This document shows positions 1 through 9,828 of a DNA stretch of 64,000 nucleotides, piece after piece. The DNA comes from Planctomycetota bacterium (GTDB taxonomy: Bacteria > Planctomycetota > PLA2 > JAEUHO01). Location of the stretch: assembly GCA_965222115.1 (NCBI GenBank), contig CBDCTJ010000007.1, forward strand, positions 2,560,001 to 2,624,000, in the 5' to 3' direction. The notes beneath the pieces are model-generated. The model worked only from the letters and a program-made list of their open reading frames with translations, was not told the origin of the DNA and ran no database searches. Made by a program: the position numbers and the translations under genes. Positions within the stretch are counted from its first letter, which is position 1, and each line of letters opens with the position of its first letter.

Positions 1-664
1 GTTGGGCCTTGGCCATCTTTTGGGCACCATGACGCGCGAGAACATGACCGATCTCGTGACCCAATACGCCTGCAAGTTGGCCTTCGGTTCGAAGGCGTGT
101 CAAAAGTGCATCGGTGATGAACACTTGCCCACCCGGTAGCGCAAAGGCATTGACGGTGTTCGGGTCGGCCAAACAGTGGAAGTTGTACTGATAGTTTTCC
201 ATGGTCTTGGGCTCGGCGCGCAGAAGGCGCTGACCCACCGACGTCACGGCGTCTTGTTTACGATAGTCCTGGTGAAGTCCGCCGTGCTGCGCGGCCATCT
301 GAGGGGCGGCTTGGAGTCCAAGCGCGCGCTCTTGTTCCACGGTCATTTTTCCAACGAACTGTTGTTCACCCGTAAAGGGATTGGTTTCACACGACTTGAG
401 GTACATGAACAAGGGAATCGCAGCCACAACAAGGGCAAGCAGGAAGCGACCCTTTAAGAGTTTCCCAATGCCTCCCAATCCGCCGCTTGGACGTTGGGGC
501 ACGCGCTGCCCTCCGGTGGGCATCGGCATGGGCGAACGTCGGTAACGAGGATCGGTGTAACGGGGGTCTTGGTAGCGCGGGTCCACGCGTCGCTGGGGAA
601 AGGGTTGTCCCGAGTAGCCACCGCCGTATTGCGGTTGCCTTGATCCTCGTTGTCCAAATGGCAT
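1..664 (-). CDS. M48 family zinc metallopeptidase (partial, runs off the left edge; absent from the ORF track)
   Basis: Manual translation from ATG at 664 (AGGAG RBS upstream) gives MPFGQRGSRQ...RFLLALVVAAIPLFMY (TM)...NPFTGEQQ...VNAFALPGGQVFIT...LAGVLGHEIGHVLARH. NAFALPGG plus HEXXH is typical of M48. Confidence 0.9.
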   Translation of the reverse strand, partial: MPFGQRGSRQPQYGGGYSGQPFPQRRVDPRYQDPRYTDPRYRRSPMPMPTGGQRVPQRPSGGLGGIGKLLKGRFLLALVVAAIPLFMYLKSCETNPFTGEQQFVGKMTVEQERALGLQAAPQMAAQHGGLHQDYRKQDAVTSVGQRLLRAEPKTMENYQYNFHCLADPNTVNAFALPGGQVFITDALLTRLRTEGQLAGVLGHEIGHVLARHGAQKMAKAQ

Positions 665-702
665 TTGAAATCTCCTGACAGTCGGTCCGAGCGGAACGGC
701 GT

Positions 703-2658
703 CTAGGCCCCATCGGGGGCCAACGCGTTCTCCAGCTCGACCCACTCTTCATAACATAGTTCGAGGTCCGCGCGGGCTTGCTCCAGAGCCCGGAGGATCT
801 CGTCGGGCGATTCGTCCGCTCTATCGGGGTTGCTGCTATAGGCCCGCTCCAACGAGGCTGCGAGTGTCGTCACCTTGGGTTCAAGCTCGGCGATCTTGGC
901 CTCGAGGGTTCGATGGCGACTCTGAAGTCGATTTCGTTCGCGTTTCTTGGTGCGCTCGGCCTCGAATGCGGCCCGGGCACTAGCCTTCTCCGCCTCTCGG
1001 TCCTCGTTGCGATTGGCGAGCGCCTGCGCGCGCGGCGGTTCGCGCCGCGTCTGCCACCACTCCGCAAAGGAACAGCGATGATCGGCCAGCGCGAGGTCTT
1101 TCACCTCAACGACACGCTCAACCAACTTGTCGAGGAAATAGCGATCGTGACTGATGACGAGCAAGGTGCCTTCAAACTCTTGAAGCATGTCTTCCAACTG
1201 CTCACACGCCTCGATGTCCAGATGGTTCGTGGGCTCATCCAACATGAGGAAGTTCACGTCGTTGCTCACAAGCCGTGCGAGCTGTAGCCGACTCTTCTCG
1301 CCTCCCGAAAGCGTGGTCACAGCACGCCCGAGGTCTTCGCGGGTGAACATAAAGCGGTGCAATGTGTCGCGGGCGTCGGCCGGTTGAAGTCCGCTGGCCT
1401 CCACAAGCCAGTCTTCGAGTGTGCCACCCTCGACCACGTCGTCGTGCAATTGTCGATATTCATCGACGATCACCGACTTACCGAGGCGCAAGGTGGGGTG
1501 TTCCCAATGCCCCTGTTCCAAGATGGCCCGAAACAACGTGGACTTCCCCGCGCCGTTGGGGCCCACCAGACAAACCCGTTCTCCGTATTCGATTTCAAGC
1601 GATGCTCGGTCAAAGAGCACGCGATCGCCGTAGGCGAAGGAGAAGTCGTTGATCTGGAGTGCAATGCGTCCGTGGCGTCCGCTCGTACTTACGCTGGCTG
1701 AGAATCGTCGCTTGATGTCGGTGGGTGCTTCGATCTTCTCCATGCGCTCGATGCGTTTGAGCATGGATTTGGCACGTTTGGCTTGAGCTGGATCATCGTA
1801 CGCGTTGGCCATGTCCCGAAGCCGTCGTGCTTGAAACTCGATTCGTTGAATGAGCCGTTGTTGCACCTTGTATTGCCGCGCCTGCAAGGCAAGCGCCTCT
1901 TCCCGCTGGCGGACAAATTCGGAGTAGTTGCCCTTCCACGCGTGAATCTTTGCGCGTCGCAATTCCCAAATGGACTGTGCGACGGCGTCCAGGACATGCC
2001 GGTTGTGACTGACCATGACCACGGCCGAATCCATTTTTCGAATGAACCGAATGAACCATTCGACGCCGTCCATGTCGAGATGGTTCGAGGGCTCGTCAAG
2101 CAACAACACATCGGGGCGCGAAAGCAGCGCGCGGGCAAGTCCTATGACGTTTCGCTCCCCGCCCGAGAAACGCGCGAGGTCCTTGTGCCAGGATGACTCC
2201 GGAACACCCAACTGCGTAAGCATGGTCTTAATGCGTCGTTCTACATCATAGATCCCCGATTGCTCCTGTTCTCGTTGCAACGCCTCGTACGTTCGAAGCA
2301 ATGGATCCGACGGCTCCCGGTCGTGCCCGTCTGCAAGCCGCGCCTCAATCTCCCGAAGTCGAGACTCGCGCATTGCCTCATCTTCAAACGCGGACTGCAT
2401 GAACTCGAAGACCGTTGCCCCGACGCTCGTGTCGAGCTCTTGCGCTTGATACGCAATTCGAACCGCGCCGTTGGCTGTGACCGATCCGGATGTGGGCGCA
2501 AGCTGCCCCGCGATCAAACGAAGCAATGTGGACTTTCCGCTCCCATTTGGACCAATGAGTCCGACGCGGCACCCGCGCTCGATCTTGACGTTAACGCCAT
2601 CAAGCAAGACGGGGCCGCCGAAGTGCATCGACAAGCCATTGGCCGCTACCAGGGTCAT
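703..2658 (-). CDS. ABC-F family ATP-binding cassette protein with C-terminal coiled coil (Uup/YheS-like)
   Basis: Two NBDs (GPNGSGKST/FSGGE/LLLDEPSNHLD and GPNGAGKST/LSGGE/LMLDEPTNHLD), GNYS linker, no TM segments. Start placed at ATG 2658 (MTLVAAN). Confidence 0.93.
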   Translation of the reverse strand: MTLVAANGLSMHFGGPVLLDGVNVKIERGCRVGLIGPNGSGKSTLLRLIAGQLAPTSGSVTANGAVRIAYQAQELDTSVGATVFEFMQSAFEDEAMRESRLREIEARLADGHDREPSDPLLRTYEALQREQEQSGIYDVERRIKTMLTQLGVPESSWHKDLARFSGGERNVIGLARALLSRPDVLLLDEPSNHLDMDGVEWFIRFIRKMDSAVVMVSHNRHVLDAVAQSIWELRRAKIHAWKGNYSEFVRQREEALALQARQYKVQQRLIQRIEFQARRLRDMANAYDDPAQAKRAKSMLKRIERMEKIEAPTDIKRRFSASVSTSGRHGRIALQINDFSFAYGDRVLFDRASLEIEYGERVCLVGPNGAGKSTLFRAILEQGHWEHPTLRLGKSVIVDEYRQLHDDVVEGGTLEDWLVEASGLQPADARDTLHRFMFTREDLGRAVTTLSGGEKSRLQLARLVSNDVNFLMLDEPTNHLDIEACEQLEDMLQEFEGTLLVISHDRYFLDKLVERVVEVKDLALADHRCSFAEWWQTRREPPRAQALANRNEDREAEKASARAAFEAERTKKRERNRLQSRHRTLEAKIAELEPKVTTLAASLERAYSSNPDRADESPDEILRALEQARADLELCYEEWVELENALAPDGA

Positions 2659-2771
2659 TGGCAGAGGATACCCACGCACGCGAAATCAGGCTAGCCGTGG
2701 ATTGCATCGACTGGACGTGTTTCAATTTTCTGTTTCGCAGGTACGATTCCCGTCGCGGGAGACTGAATTCA

Positions 2772-5700
2772 TTGAATGCGTCCGCTGATTTTCGTGACTT
2801 GCTCTTTGCGGATGTGGCGCTGGTCGAGGGACACGCTTCCGCGCGACACGTAGCCGCCGCACTGCTCAAGTATTGGGATCGACGTGATCGCGTCGAACGC
2901 TCGTTGGCCGACGAACTTGCCACAACGGCAGGGATTGGCGAGGCCGATATGGCGGCCATCAGCAAGCGTGTCGAGGAATTGGTGTCGGCCGCAAACGGAG
3001 ATCCTCGCCTGGCCGTCACGGAGCGCGGCGGACTCACCCATGAATTGCACGTGGCGGTGTCGCGCCAAGATCATCAGGCTTCACGGCAACTCACCGAACT
3101 CGGCGCCGGCATTCGCTTCGAGTTGCGCGAGCTACCCAAGGATCGCTATCTCGACTTTATGCCCGTGGGCGAGGGCGGGATGGGAATCGTGTATTGGGCG
3201 ATGGACACGGAGCTCGGACGTCAAGTCGCGTTCAAAGTCGTTCGGCCACCTACGGAGGGCATGGGCTCCGGCGTCACACCCCCTGCGCCGCTCCACATGC
3301 AGGCACCGAGCAAAGGCGACCGCTCCACGTCGGCGTTTGAAGAGCTAAAAGCTCGCTTTCTTCAAGAGGCTTGGGTTACGGGCGGTATGGAGCATCCCGG
3401 TATTGTGCCGGTGTATGAGATCGGTCGAACGCGTGGTGGCGTGCCCTACTACACGATGCGTTTCGTCCGCGGGCACCGAACACTTGAAACCGCTCTCGAC
3501 GAACGACGTGCTCGCGGCTTTGACACTCGCATTGAGCTCTTAGAGCCCTTCTTGCGTGTGTGCGATGCCATCGCCTACGCGCACAACCGCGGTGTGATTC
3601 ACCGCGATCTTAAACCCGCCAACGTTGCGCTTGGTGAGTACGGCGAAGCCGTGGTGTTGGACTGGGGTCTTGCCAAGCTCGGCGCACAACCCGACGTCTT
3701 TGCCAGTCGTTGGCAAGAAAAAGTATCGGACTTTCGGGACGCGGCATCCATGAAGACGATGACGTCTGCGTTGGGCACGCCGGGGTATATGTCGCCTGAA
3801 GCAGCCGCCGGGCGCATCGATGAAGTCGGCGCGTCATCCGACGTCTACAGCCTCGGTGTCATGCTGTTTGAGATTGCCACGGGTGTACGACCCTTCGAGT
3901 TCAAAAGTTTCGAAGAATATGCGTCCAAGGTGAACGCAACCGATGCACCGGACGCGTCCACGGTGGAGCCAGCCGTTCCTGCCGATCTTGCGGCGATCTG
4001 CGCTTCGGCGTTGGCGCGTCACCCATCTCGACGACCGAACGACGTGGCCACGCTCGCTACACAGATTCGCAATTGGCAACGGGACCGCGCGACCAAAGCC
4101 GAAGTGCGGGGCATACTCGCGGAAGCCGAACTCGCCCTTGAAGACAATCCGTCACTTTCCCCGCTTGAAATGACGCGACACGCCGAACGTGCCACCGTGG
4201 CATGCCAACGCGTCCTAGCGAGACGACCCGACGACTCACGCGCCAAGGTGTTGCTTGCAAAGGCCCACACCTTGCGCGACGAGAGCATCCGCGCCCGGGC
4301 ACGCCGCTCCCAAAAGATGTTTCTTCGGAAGCTCGCACTGGGTGCGCTTGCGGGCCTTGCCGTTGTGGGAGCCGCAGTGGCGTACCTCATGAATGTGGAG
4401 CGCCAGAAAGCCGAAGACGCGCGACATGTGGCCAAGGCAGAGCGCGACAACGCCCAGCGACACCGGCAGCGAGCCGAGGAGGCGATTGGGTTCATTACCG
4501 AAGAGCTGCGGGATCAACTGGAGCCAGAGGGCAGACTTGACATCCTGGCGACGATCGCCGAACGCGCGCGCGCCCATTTTGAGTCCATTCCCGTGGAGAC
4601 GGATCACGAGGAGAGTTTCGCGCTGCGTATGCGTGCGCTGCGTCAGTTGGGCGAAGTCAACTTGGCCCGCGGTGACTTGGAGGGAGCGCGCCGCGCGTTT
4701 CAGGAAGCCGTTAGCGAATGCGACAAGCGCTTGGTCGTCCATGGGCGTGATGCGCGCACTGTGTTTGAACGGAATCGCGCGGTTTCGAACGTCGCGCGCG
4801 TTGACTTAGCTCAGGGCTTCCCGCGGCGTGGCGCCGACAAGCTCCAAGCGGTGGTTGAGGCGCTCAATGACGAGCCATTTGATGGCATTGGGCAGAATGA
4901 CTTGACGAAAACTCGGGTGCGTGCGCAAATCGCACTGGCCCACTCGCTGCGAGGGGTGTCTGACCGAGACACGGCCAATGAGGTGGCCAGCGTCGCGCTG
5001 AAGGAAGCGGAGTCTTGGTTGTCCCGACACCCCACGGATCTCGATGCGCTGCGCCTTGCAGCGGAGGCCGGGATGTCGACTGCGCTTATGGCGTATCTCA
5101 CCAATAACGCGCAGCGGAGCGACTTGATCATCAATCTAGCGGTTACGCGCGCGAAGATGATGCGATCCAATCGCGTCGACAATAAGTCCATCGCAGCGTT
5201 TGCTGCACACGTGCTGGGTCGCAAGGCATGGCTTTGCCGATACACCCGCCGGCACGAAGAAGCCGAGCAGATCCTGGTTCCCGCCATCGAGATCATGAAG
5301 CGGCTCACACGGGAACGCCCGAGCAACATGGCGTGGCGCGCGCAGTTGGCGTATTTGCTCCTGACGTTAGGTGACGCCAGGGCGCGATCCAATCGGGAAT
5401 ACACACAGGGGTTTGACGCATTTACTCAGTCCTACGACACGTTCAAGGAACTTCATGCGCGAGACCCCTCCAACGCGAGTTGGATTCATGCACTCATCAC
5501 ACTATGCGATCGGCACGCCGCCATTGCCGCCAAGGCCGATCCGCGTGACGCTGTGGCCGAACTTCGCTTTCGGCGTCAGGCCATTCAGTTCGCAGAAGCG
5601 CTTTCTGCGCTTGAGCCTGAGAATCCTCGGTGGCGATTTTTGGTCGTGTGGACAACGTCGGCCGCCCTTGTGCTAGAACGAGATCCCCAGCGAATCAAGC

Positions 5701-6167
5701 AGGGCCGGAAGGAAGCTCGCCAGCAATGTCGCTACGTCATGCGTCGCATCGTAGATGCAACGGACGTTCTTGAAACATGGCAACTGCTCTCAATCAGTGC
5801 ATGCAGTGATGAGCAGGATCCACTCGCGCGCATTGCGATTGCCGCGGATGGGTTGCGCGAGTTCAGGCGTGCTACACAGTCAAAGGGTGCGACGGTGCTT
5901 ACCCACAAATTCCTCGGTGCGTACGTACACAACATCGCGGGTATTCTTGCGGCATCAGGCGAAGATGGCATTGATGAGGTCCGCCGACAACAGGCACTCG
6001 TTCGCTCGTGGTACCAGGCGGAAATTGACGGTCGCGGGCGCACCGACGATGCATGGAAACGCGCCATCACGGGCTATCTGGCGCGCCTCAATGAGCTCGA
6101 CGTCGATTCGCTCGCCGCCAAGGACAAGGAAGGCGAGAACGAGGACGACGAGAACAAAGAAGACTAG
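2772..6167 (+). CDS. Hanks-type Ser/Thr protein kinase with TM helix and C-terminal helical-repeat (TPR-like) region
   Basis: GEGGMGIVY, VAFK, HRDLKPANV, DWGLAK, GTPGYMSPE, DVYSLG; hydrophobic segment LALGALAGLAVVGAAVAYLM. Start uncertain: TTG 2772 follows GGGAG, while the ORF is open from 2658. Confidence 0.9.
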   Translation: MNASADFRDLLFADVALVEGHASARHVAAALLKYWDRRDRVERSLADELATTAGIGEADMAAISKRVEELVSAANGDPRLAVTERGGLTHELHVAVSRQDHQASRQLTELGAGIRFELRELPKDRYLDFMPVGEGGMGIVYWAMDTELGRQVAFKVVRPPTEGMGSGVTPPAPLHMQAPSKGDRSTSAFEELKARFLQEAWVTGGMEHPGIVPVYEIGRTRGGVPYYTMRFVRGHRTLETALDERRARGFDTRIELLEPFLRVCDAIAYAHNRGVIHRDLKPANVALGEYGEAVVLDWGLAKLGAQPDVFASRWQEKVSDFRDAASMKTMTSALGTPGYMSPEAAAGRIDEVGASSDVYSLGVMLFEIATGVRPFEFKSFEEYASKVNATDAPDASTVEPAVPADLAAICASALARHPSRRPNDVATLATQIRNWQRDRATKAEVRGILAEAELALEDNPSLSPLEMTRHAERATVACQRVLARRPDDSRAKVLLAKAHTLRDESIRARARRSQKMFLRKLALGALAGLAVVGAAVAYLMNVERQKAEDARHVAKAERDNAQRHRQRAEEAIGFITEELRDQLEPEGRLDILATIAERARAHFESIPVETDHEESFALRMRALRQLGEVNLARGDLEGARRAFQEAVSECDKRLVVHGRDARTVFERNRAVSNVARVDLAQGFPRRGADKLQAVVEALNDEPFDGIGQNDLTKTRVRAQIALAHSLRGVSDRDTANEVASVALKEAESWLSRHPTDLDALRLAAEAGMSTALMAYLTNNAQRSDLIINLAVTRAKMMRSNRVDNKSIAAFAAHVLGRKAWLCRYTRRHEEAEQILVPAIEIMKRLTRERPSNMAWRAQLAYLLLTLGDARARSNREYTQGFDAFTQSYDTFKELHARDPSNASWIHALITLCDRHAAIAAKADPRDAVAELRFRRQAIQFAEALSALEPENPRWRFLVVWTTSAALVLERDPQRIKQGRKEARQQCRYVMRRIVDATDVLETWQLLSISACSDEQDPLARIAIAADGLREFRRATQSKGATVLTHKFLGAYVHNIAGILAASGEDGIDEVRRQQALVRSWYQAEIDGRGRTDDAWKRAITGYLARLNELDVDSLAAKDKEGENEDDENKED

Positions 6168-6182
6168 GGCAGGAGATACCCC

Positions 6183-6896
6183 ATGCCAATTATTGAAACG
6201 TCCCGGCGACTGCGCTCGATTATCACACGCAAGTCGCTCCTACCCAAGTTAGCCGATCGAGAAAGCGCCTCATGGTCGGAGAGTTGGCAGTTGCTCTTTT
6301 CGCTCTATACACCCGCCATGGTGCGGTACGTGTCGAGTGTGTTGTCACGCGCGCTCAAGCGCCCCGCGGATCCTGATGAAGCACAGGATATTGTGCAAGA
6401 CTACTTTTCAATGTGCATTGAGAAGGGCTGGCTCACACGAGATGTCGAGTCCATCCGATGCTTTCGTGCCTATCTCCAGACACACCTCAAGCGCTTCGTC
6501 TACAAACACCTCGACAAGAAGTTCGCCCAAAAACGACACTCCGGCGCGCTTGCGTCTGCCGAAGCCCTTGAAGGCGTCATGGGCGACAGCCTCGACCCCT
6601 CCGCCGTAGAGTTGGATGAAGGGTGGGTCGCCGTTGCCATTGAGCAGGCACTGGCAGAACTTCGTGGTGGCAACGAACTCTATGCCGAAGTCATTGCCGA
6701 CCTCTTGCGCACGGACGGCGAAGGAAGTCATGATCTCGGTGAGCGTTTAGGGCAGAGCAGCAAGCAACTTACGCACCTCCGCCATCGTGCCCGCAAGCGC
6801 TTTGGCGCCTTGTTTCACGAACATTTGCGGCAAACGGTACTTGATGACGATGCGTTCGAGGAGTTGTGTGTTCGTTTGGAGTCCTATCTCCCCTAA
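6183..6896 (+). CDS. ECF-type sigma-70 factor, kinase-associated
   Basis: Region 2-like features (SWQLLFSLYTPAM, DEAQDIVQDYF, CFRAYL) and region 4 HTH (LGERLGQSSKQLTHLRHRARKRF); AGGAG RBS; 15 nt downstream of the kinase. Confidence 0.78.
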   Translation: MPIIETSRRLRSIITRKSLLPKLADRESASWSESWQLLFSLYTPAMVRYVSSVLSRALKRPADPDEAQDIVQDYFSMCIEKGWLTRDVESIRCFRAYLQTHLKRFVYKHLDKKFAQKRHSGALASAEALEGVMGDSLDPSAVELDEGWVAVAIEQALAELRGGNELYAEVIADLLRTDGEGSHDLGERLGQSSKQLTHLRHRARKRFGALFHEHLRQTVLDDDAFEELCVRLESYLP

Positions 6897-7093
6897 TCTG
6901 AAGCTGAATCTGTTTCCTTGTCCTTATCCCCTTCTGCTCCACCCGCAGCCCAGCCTTGGCTTGATGGCCACACAGAGAAGTTCCCAAAGTCTTTGCGCGC
7001 GAGCTAGCTAAGAAGGGTGCGGGGAGAAGGAATAGAGTTGGGCGAGTGATTCAGATTTAGGTTCAGAGAGGGAGAAGGAGAAGGAGGAAGGGG
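6897..7093. repeat. Degenerate inverted low-complexity intergenic element between convergent genes
   Basis: Pyrimidine-rich left arm and purine-rich right arm with about 6-nt periodicity. CTGAAGCTGAATCTG (6898-6912) is a 13/15 inverted match to 7052-7066. Confidence 0.45.
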
Positions 7094-8506
7094 CTAGCAC
7101 TCGGGCAAGCTCACAGCCAATCCGCCTTCGCTGGTTTCTTTGTATTCGCGGCGCATATCCAGACCTGTGCGTTTCATGACGCGAATGACGCGATCGAGCG
7201 AAATGACATGTTCGCCGTCACTGTGCAGCGCCAACTGGGCCGCGCTCCACGCTTTGGCTACGCCCATGGCATTACGCTCGATACATGGTGCTTGTACGAG
7301 CCCCTTTAGTGGATCACACGTGAGGCCCAAATTGTGCTCCATGGCGATTTCGGCCGCGAACTCGACTTGTTCGCGAGAACCTCCTTGGATTTCGCACAAG
7401 GCTGCAGCGGCCATGGCGGTGGCCGTGCCAACTTCGCCCTGGCATCCGACTTCGGCGCCCGAAAGACTTGCGTGGGTCTTTACCAGCATCGCGATGGCGC
7501 CCGCGGTGGCCAACGCGCGCACGATCACTTCGTCTCTAAGCTTCATGCGATTGCGTATCTCGAATAGTACGGCAGGGAGAATGCCCGCCGCGCCGTTGGT
7601 GGGGGCCGTAACGATGCGCCCGCCCGCCGCGTTTTCTTCATTGACTGCGAACGCATATGCCTGAGCTCTTGCAATATGTTCATAGCCAGGGTCTACCGCG
7701 CGTGCGTCGCAACGCTCGAGGAGTGCTTTCGCGCGTCGGCGCATGCCAAGGCCGCCGGGGAGTTGACCCTCAACGTCAAGGCCACGCTGAATGCAGGCCA
7801 CCATTTCTTTCCAGGCACGCAGCAATGTGTTGTGAATGGGCTCGAGTCCGAGCGCTTCGTCCCATGCCATTTCGTTTCGCAGCACGACTTCGCCGAGCGT
7901 AAGATCGCGCGACGCGCCTTGAGCCATCAACGTCTGTGCATCCGAGAATGGAATTGCAGGCGGTGGACGCCTACGCGGCGCCGGTTCTCCAGCACGACGA
8001 ATCGAGCCACCACCGGGAGACAACCATGTTTCCTCAAGAATCGTATGCGTCTCGGGCTGCGGCGTATCGTCCTTCGTCCCAGTAAGTTCAAGCAGTCGAA
8101 ACCGAATGGTATTGGGATGTTCCAGCGCCACGTCCGCGCTCTCACGCCACGGGACATACTGAATCGAATCGTTCGACCAGGCGACCGTTGCCTGACTCCA
8201 ATTTGTTGAGCGTTCTGAGGCGTACCCTGCTTCGATTGTTCGGAAGGCATCGGGGTCACAGGTTTCGGGATCCCAGTCCAGCAAGCCCGCGAGAATGGCG
8301 AGATGCGTGCCGTGTCCACGCCCCGTAGCACTGAGGGATCCAAAGAGCTCAACGGTGACCTTGGCTTCGCGTACGCCAACGAGCCGTGAAATGGCTGATG
8401 CACGAAACGCACGTGCCGCGCGCATCGGTCCCAACGTGTGGCTCGAACTGGGTCCCGGTCCTACACGGTAGAGTTCGCGTAGGCTGGTGAGGATGGGGGT
8501 GGTCAT
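7094..8506 (-). CDS. sdaA: L-serine ammonia-lyase, Fe-S dependent (single chain)
   Basis: [72 protein letters not shown]. Confidence 0.94.
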   Translation of the reverse strand: MTTPILTSLRELYRVGPGPSSSHTLGPMRAARAFRASAISRLVGVREAKVTVELFGSLSATGRGHGTHLAILAGLLDWDPETCDPDAFRTIEAGYASERSTNWSQATVAWSNDSIQYVPWRESADVALEHPNTIRFRLLELTGTKDDTPQPETHTILEETWLSPGGGSIRRAGEPAPRRRPPPAIPFSDAQTLMAQGASRDLTLGEVVLRNEMAWDEALGLEPIHNTLLRAWKEMVACIQRGLDVEGQLPGGLGMRRRAKALLERCDARAVDPGYEHIARAQAYAFAVNEENAAGGRIVTAPTNGAAGILPAVLFEIRNRMKLRDEVIVRALATAGAIAMLVKTHASLSGAEVGCQGEVGTATAMAAAALCEIQGGSREQVEFAAEIAMEHNLGLTCDPLKGLVQAPCIERNAMGVAKAWSAAQLALHSDGEHVISLDRVIRVMKRTGLDMRREYKETSEGGLAVSLPEC

Positions 8507-8517
8507 GGTGGCGCAGC

Positions 8518-9783
8518 CTACTCAGTAGGCCGCAATTCAGAAGCACAGGACGACCCCGCAACGAAACCGCTGGCCCACGCCCACTGAAAATTGAATCCAC
8601 CGATGCGCCCGTCCACATCAAGAATCTCGCCAGACAGGTAGAGCCCGGCACACACTCGAGAGGCCATGGTTGCCGTGTTGGCTTCGCTGAGCGGAATGCC
8701 ACCCGCCGTGACTTCGGCAAATCGCCAGCCGCGACTGCCCAAAATCGACAACGGATGAGCGACCAGTGTATTCACCAAGCGGCGTCGCTCGACACGGGTG
8801 AGTTGATTGCCTGCTTGCGTAGCATCGACGTGCGCGAGTTGCATCAGTACGCCAGCCAATCGCTTGGGGACATGGCCCTCGATCCATTCAAGAACTGTTC
8901 CCCGTGCAATCGAACGAAGCGCATCGTCAACGTCGTCGGGCGTGAGGTCAGGAAGCCACGACACCAGCAAGCGGCAGTGAGGGTCGTCGGCACGTGTAGC
9001 ATCCACATGACGACTCATGTCCAGAACCACGGGTCCACTGATGCCGAAGTGTGTACAGAGCATTGCGCCCGTTGCACGGTGCACGTGGCGTCCCGTCGCA
9101 GTCGTCAGTGAAAGTGTCACTGGTAGGGATACACCCTGTAGCAATCGCAATGGATCCGTTTCGGGAAGCAGCAACGGGACCAGTGCGGGATATAGACGTT
9201 GCGTCGTGGTGTGGCCCAATGCGCGAGCGATTTCGTAGCCGTGGCCGTCCGAACCCGTCTTTGGAAGGCTCTGTCCCCCTGTTGCCAGCACAACGCGGCG
9301 AGCCTCAAATCGCTGTTGATCGCAATCGATCGCAAATCCCGATGTCGAACACACAATACGGTCCACGCGATTCCCAAACACGGACTGTACGCCCAATGAC
9401 GTTGCGTGCCGAATCAAGCCTGACGAGATATCTTTGGCGCGGTCCGATACGGGGAACAGCTTGCCCGTGTCCTCGCGCTTTAGCGCAATGCCCATGCGCG
9501 TAAAGAACGCGACGGTGTCGTCCACGGTGAAGCGACGGAGAACCTTGGCAATCGCGGGCCGCGTCGATCCGCAAAAGTCGTCTGCCCCAACGACTGCGTG
9601 GGTCACATTGCAACGCCCGCCGCCTGAGATGTTGATTTTGGCGCCGGGTTTTCGTGCTGAATCAAACAGCCCAATGGTGGCTTGTGGATTTTCGGTAGCA
9701 GCGGTGATCGCACACATGAGTCCCGCGGCGCCCGCGCCAATGATCGCGACGTCTAACGGATGGGGGCGGTCAGCGCTGGGCAT
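8518..9783 (-). CDS. HI0933/BaiN/YhiN family NAD(P)/FAD-dependent oxidoreductase
   Basis: IIGAGAAG, KINISGGGRCNVT, ATGGQS.P.TGSDG.GY, THFGISGP, VTAGGI, GE.LDVDG.IGGFNFQWAW.SG. Confidence 0.92.
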   Translation of the reverse strand: MPSADRPHPLDVAIIGAGAAGLMCAITAATENPQATIGLFDSARKPGAKINISGGGRCNVTHAVVGADDFCGSTRPAIAKVLRRFTVDDTVAFFTRMGIALKREDTGKLFPVSDRAKDISSGLIRHATSLGVQSVFGNRVDRIVCSTSGFAIDCDQQRFEARRVVLATGGQSLPKTGSDGHGYEIARALGHTTTQRLYPALVPLLLPETDPLRLLQGVSLPVTLSLTTATGRHVHRATGAMLCTHFGISGPVVLDMSRHVDATRADDPHCRLLVSWLPDLTPDDVDDALRSIARGTVLEWIEGHVPKRLAGVLMQLAHVDATQAGNQLTRVERRRLVNTLVAHPLSILGSRGWRFAEVTAGGIPLSEANTATMASRVCAGLYLSGEILDVDGRIGGFNFQWAWASGFVAGSSCASELRPTE

Positions 9784-9828
9784 CGGCGTATTGTGATGCG
9801 ATGCGAGGGAGCGTGCACGTTGCGGTCG

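Noticed and set aside
703-2658. Antibiotic-resistance ABC-F
   Set aside because: Uup/YheS-like architecture in a housekeeping context; nothing specific to resistance subfamilies is visible.
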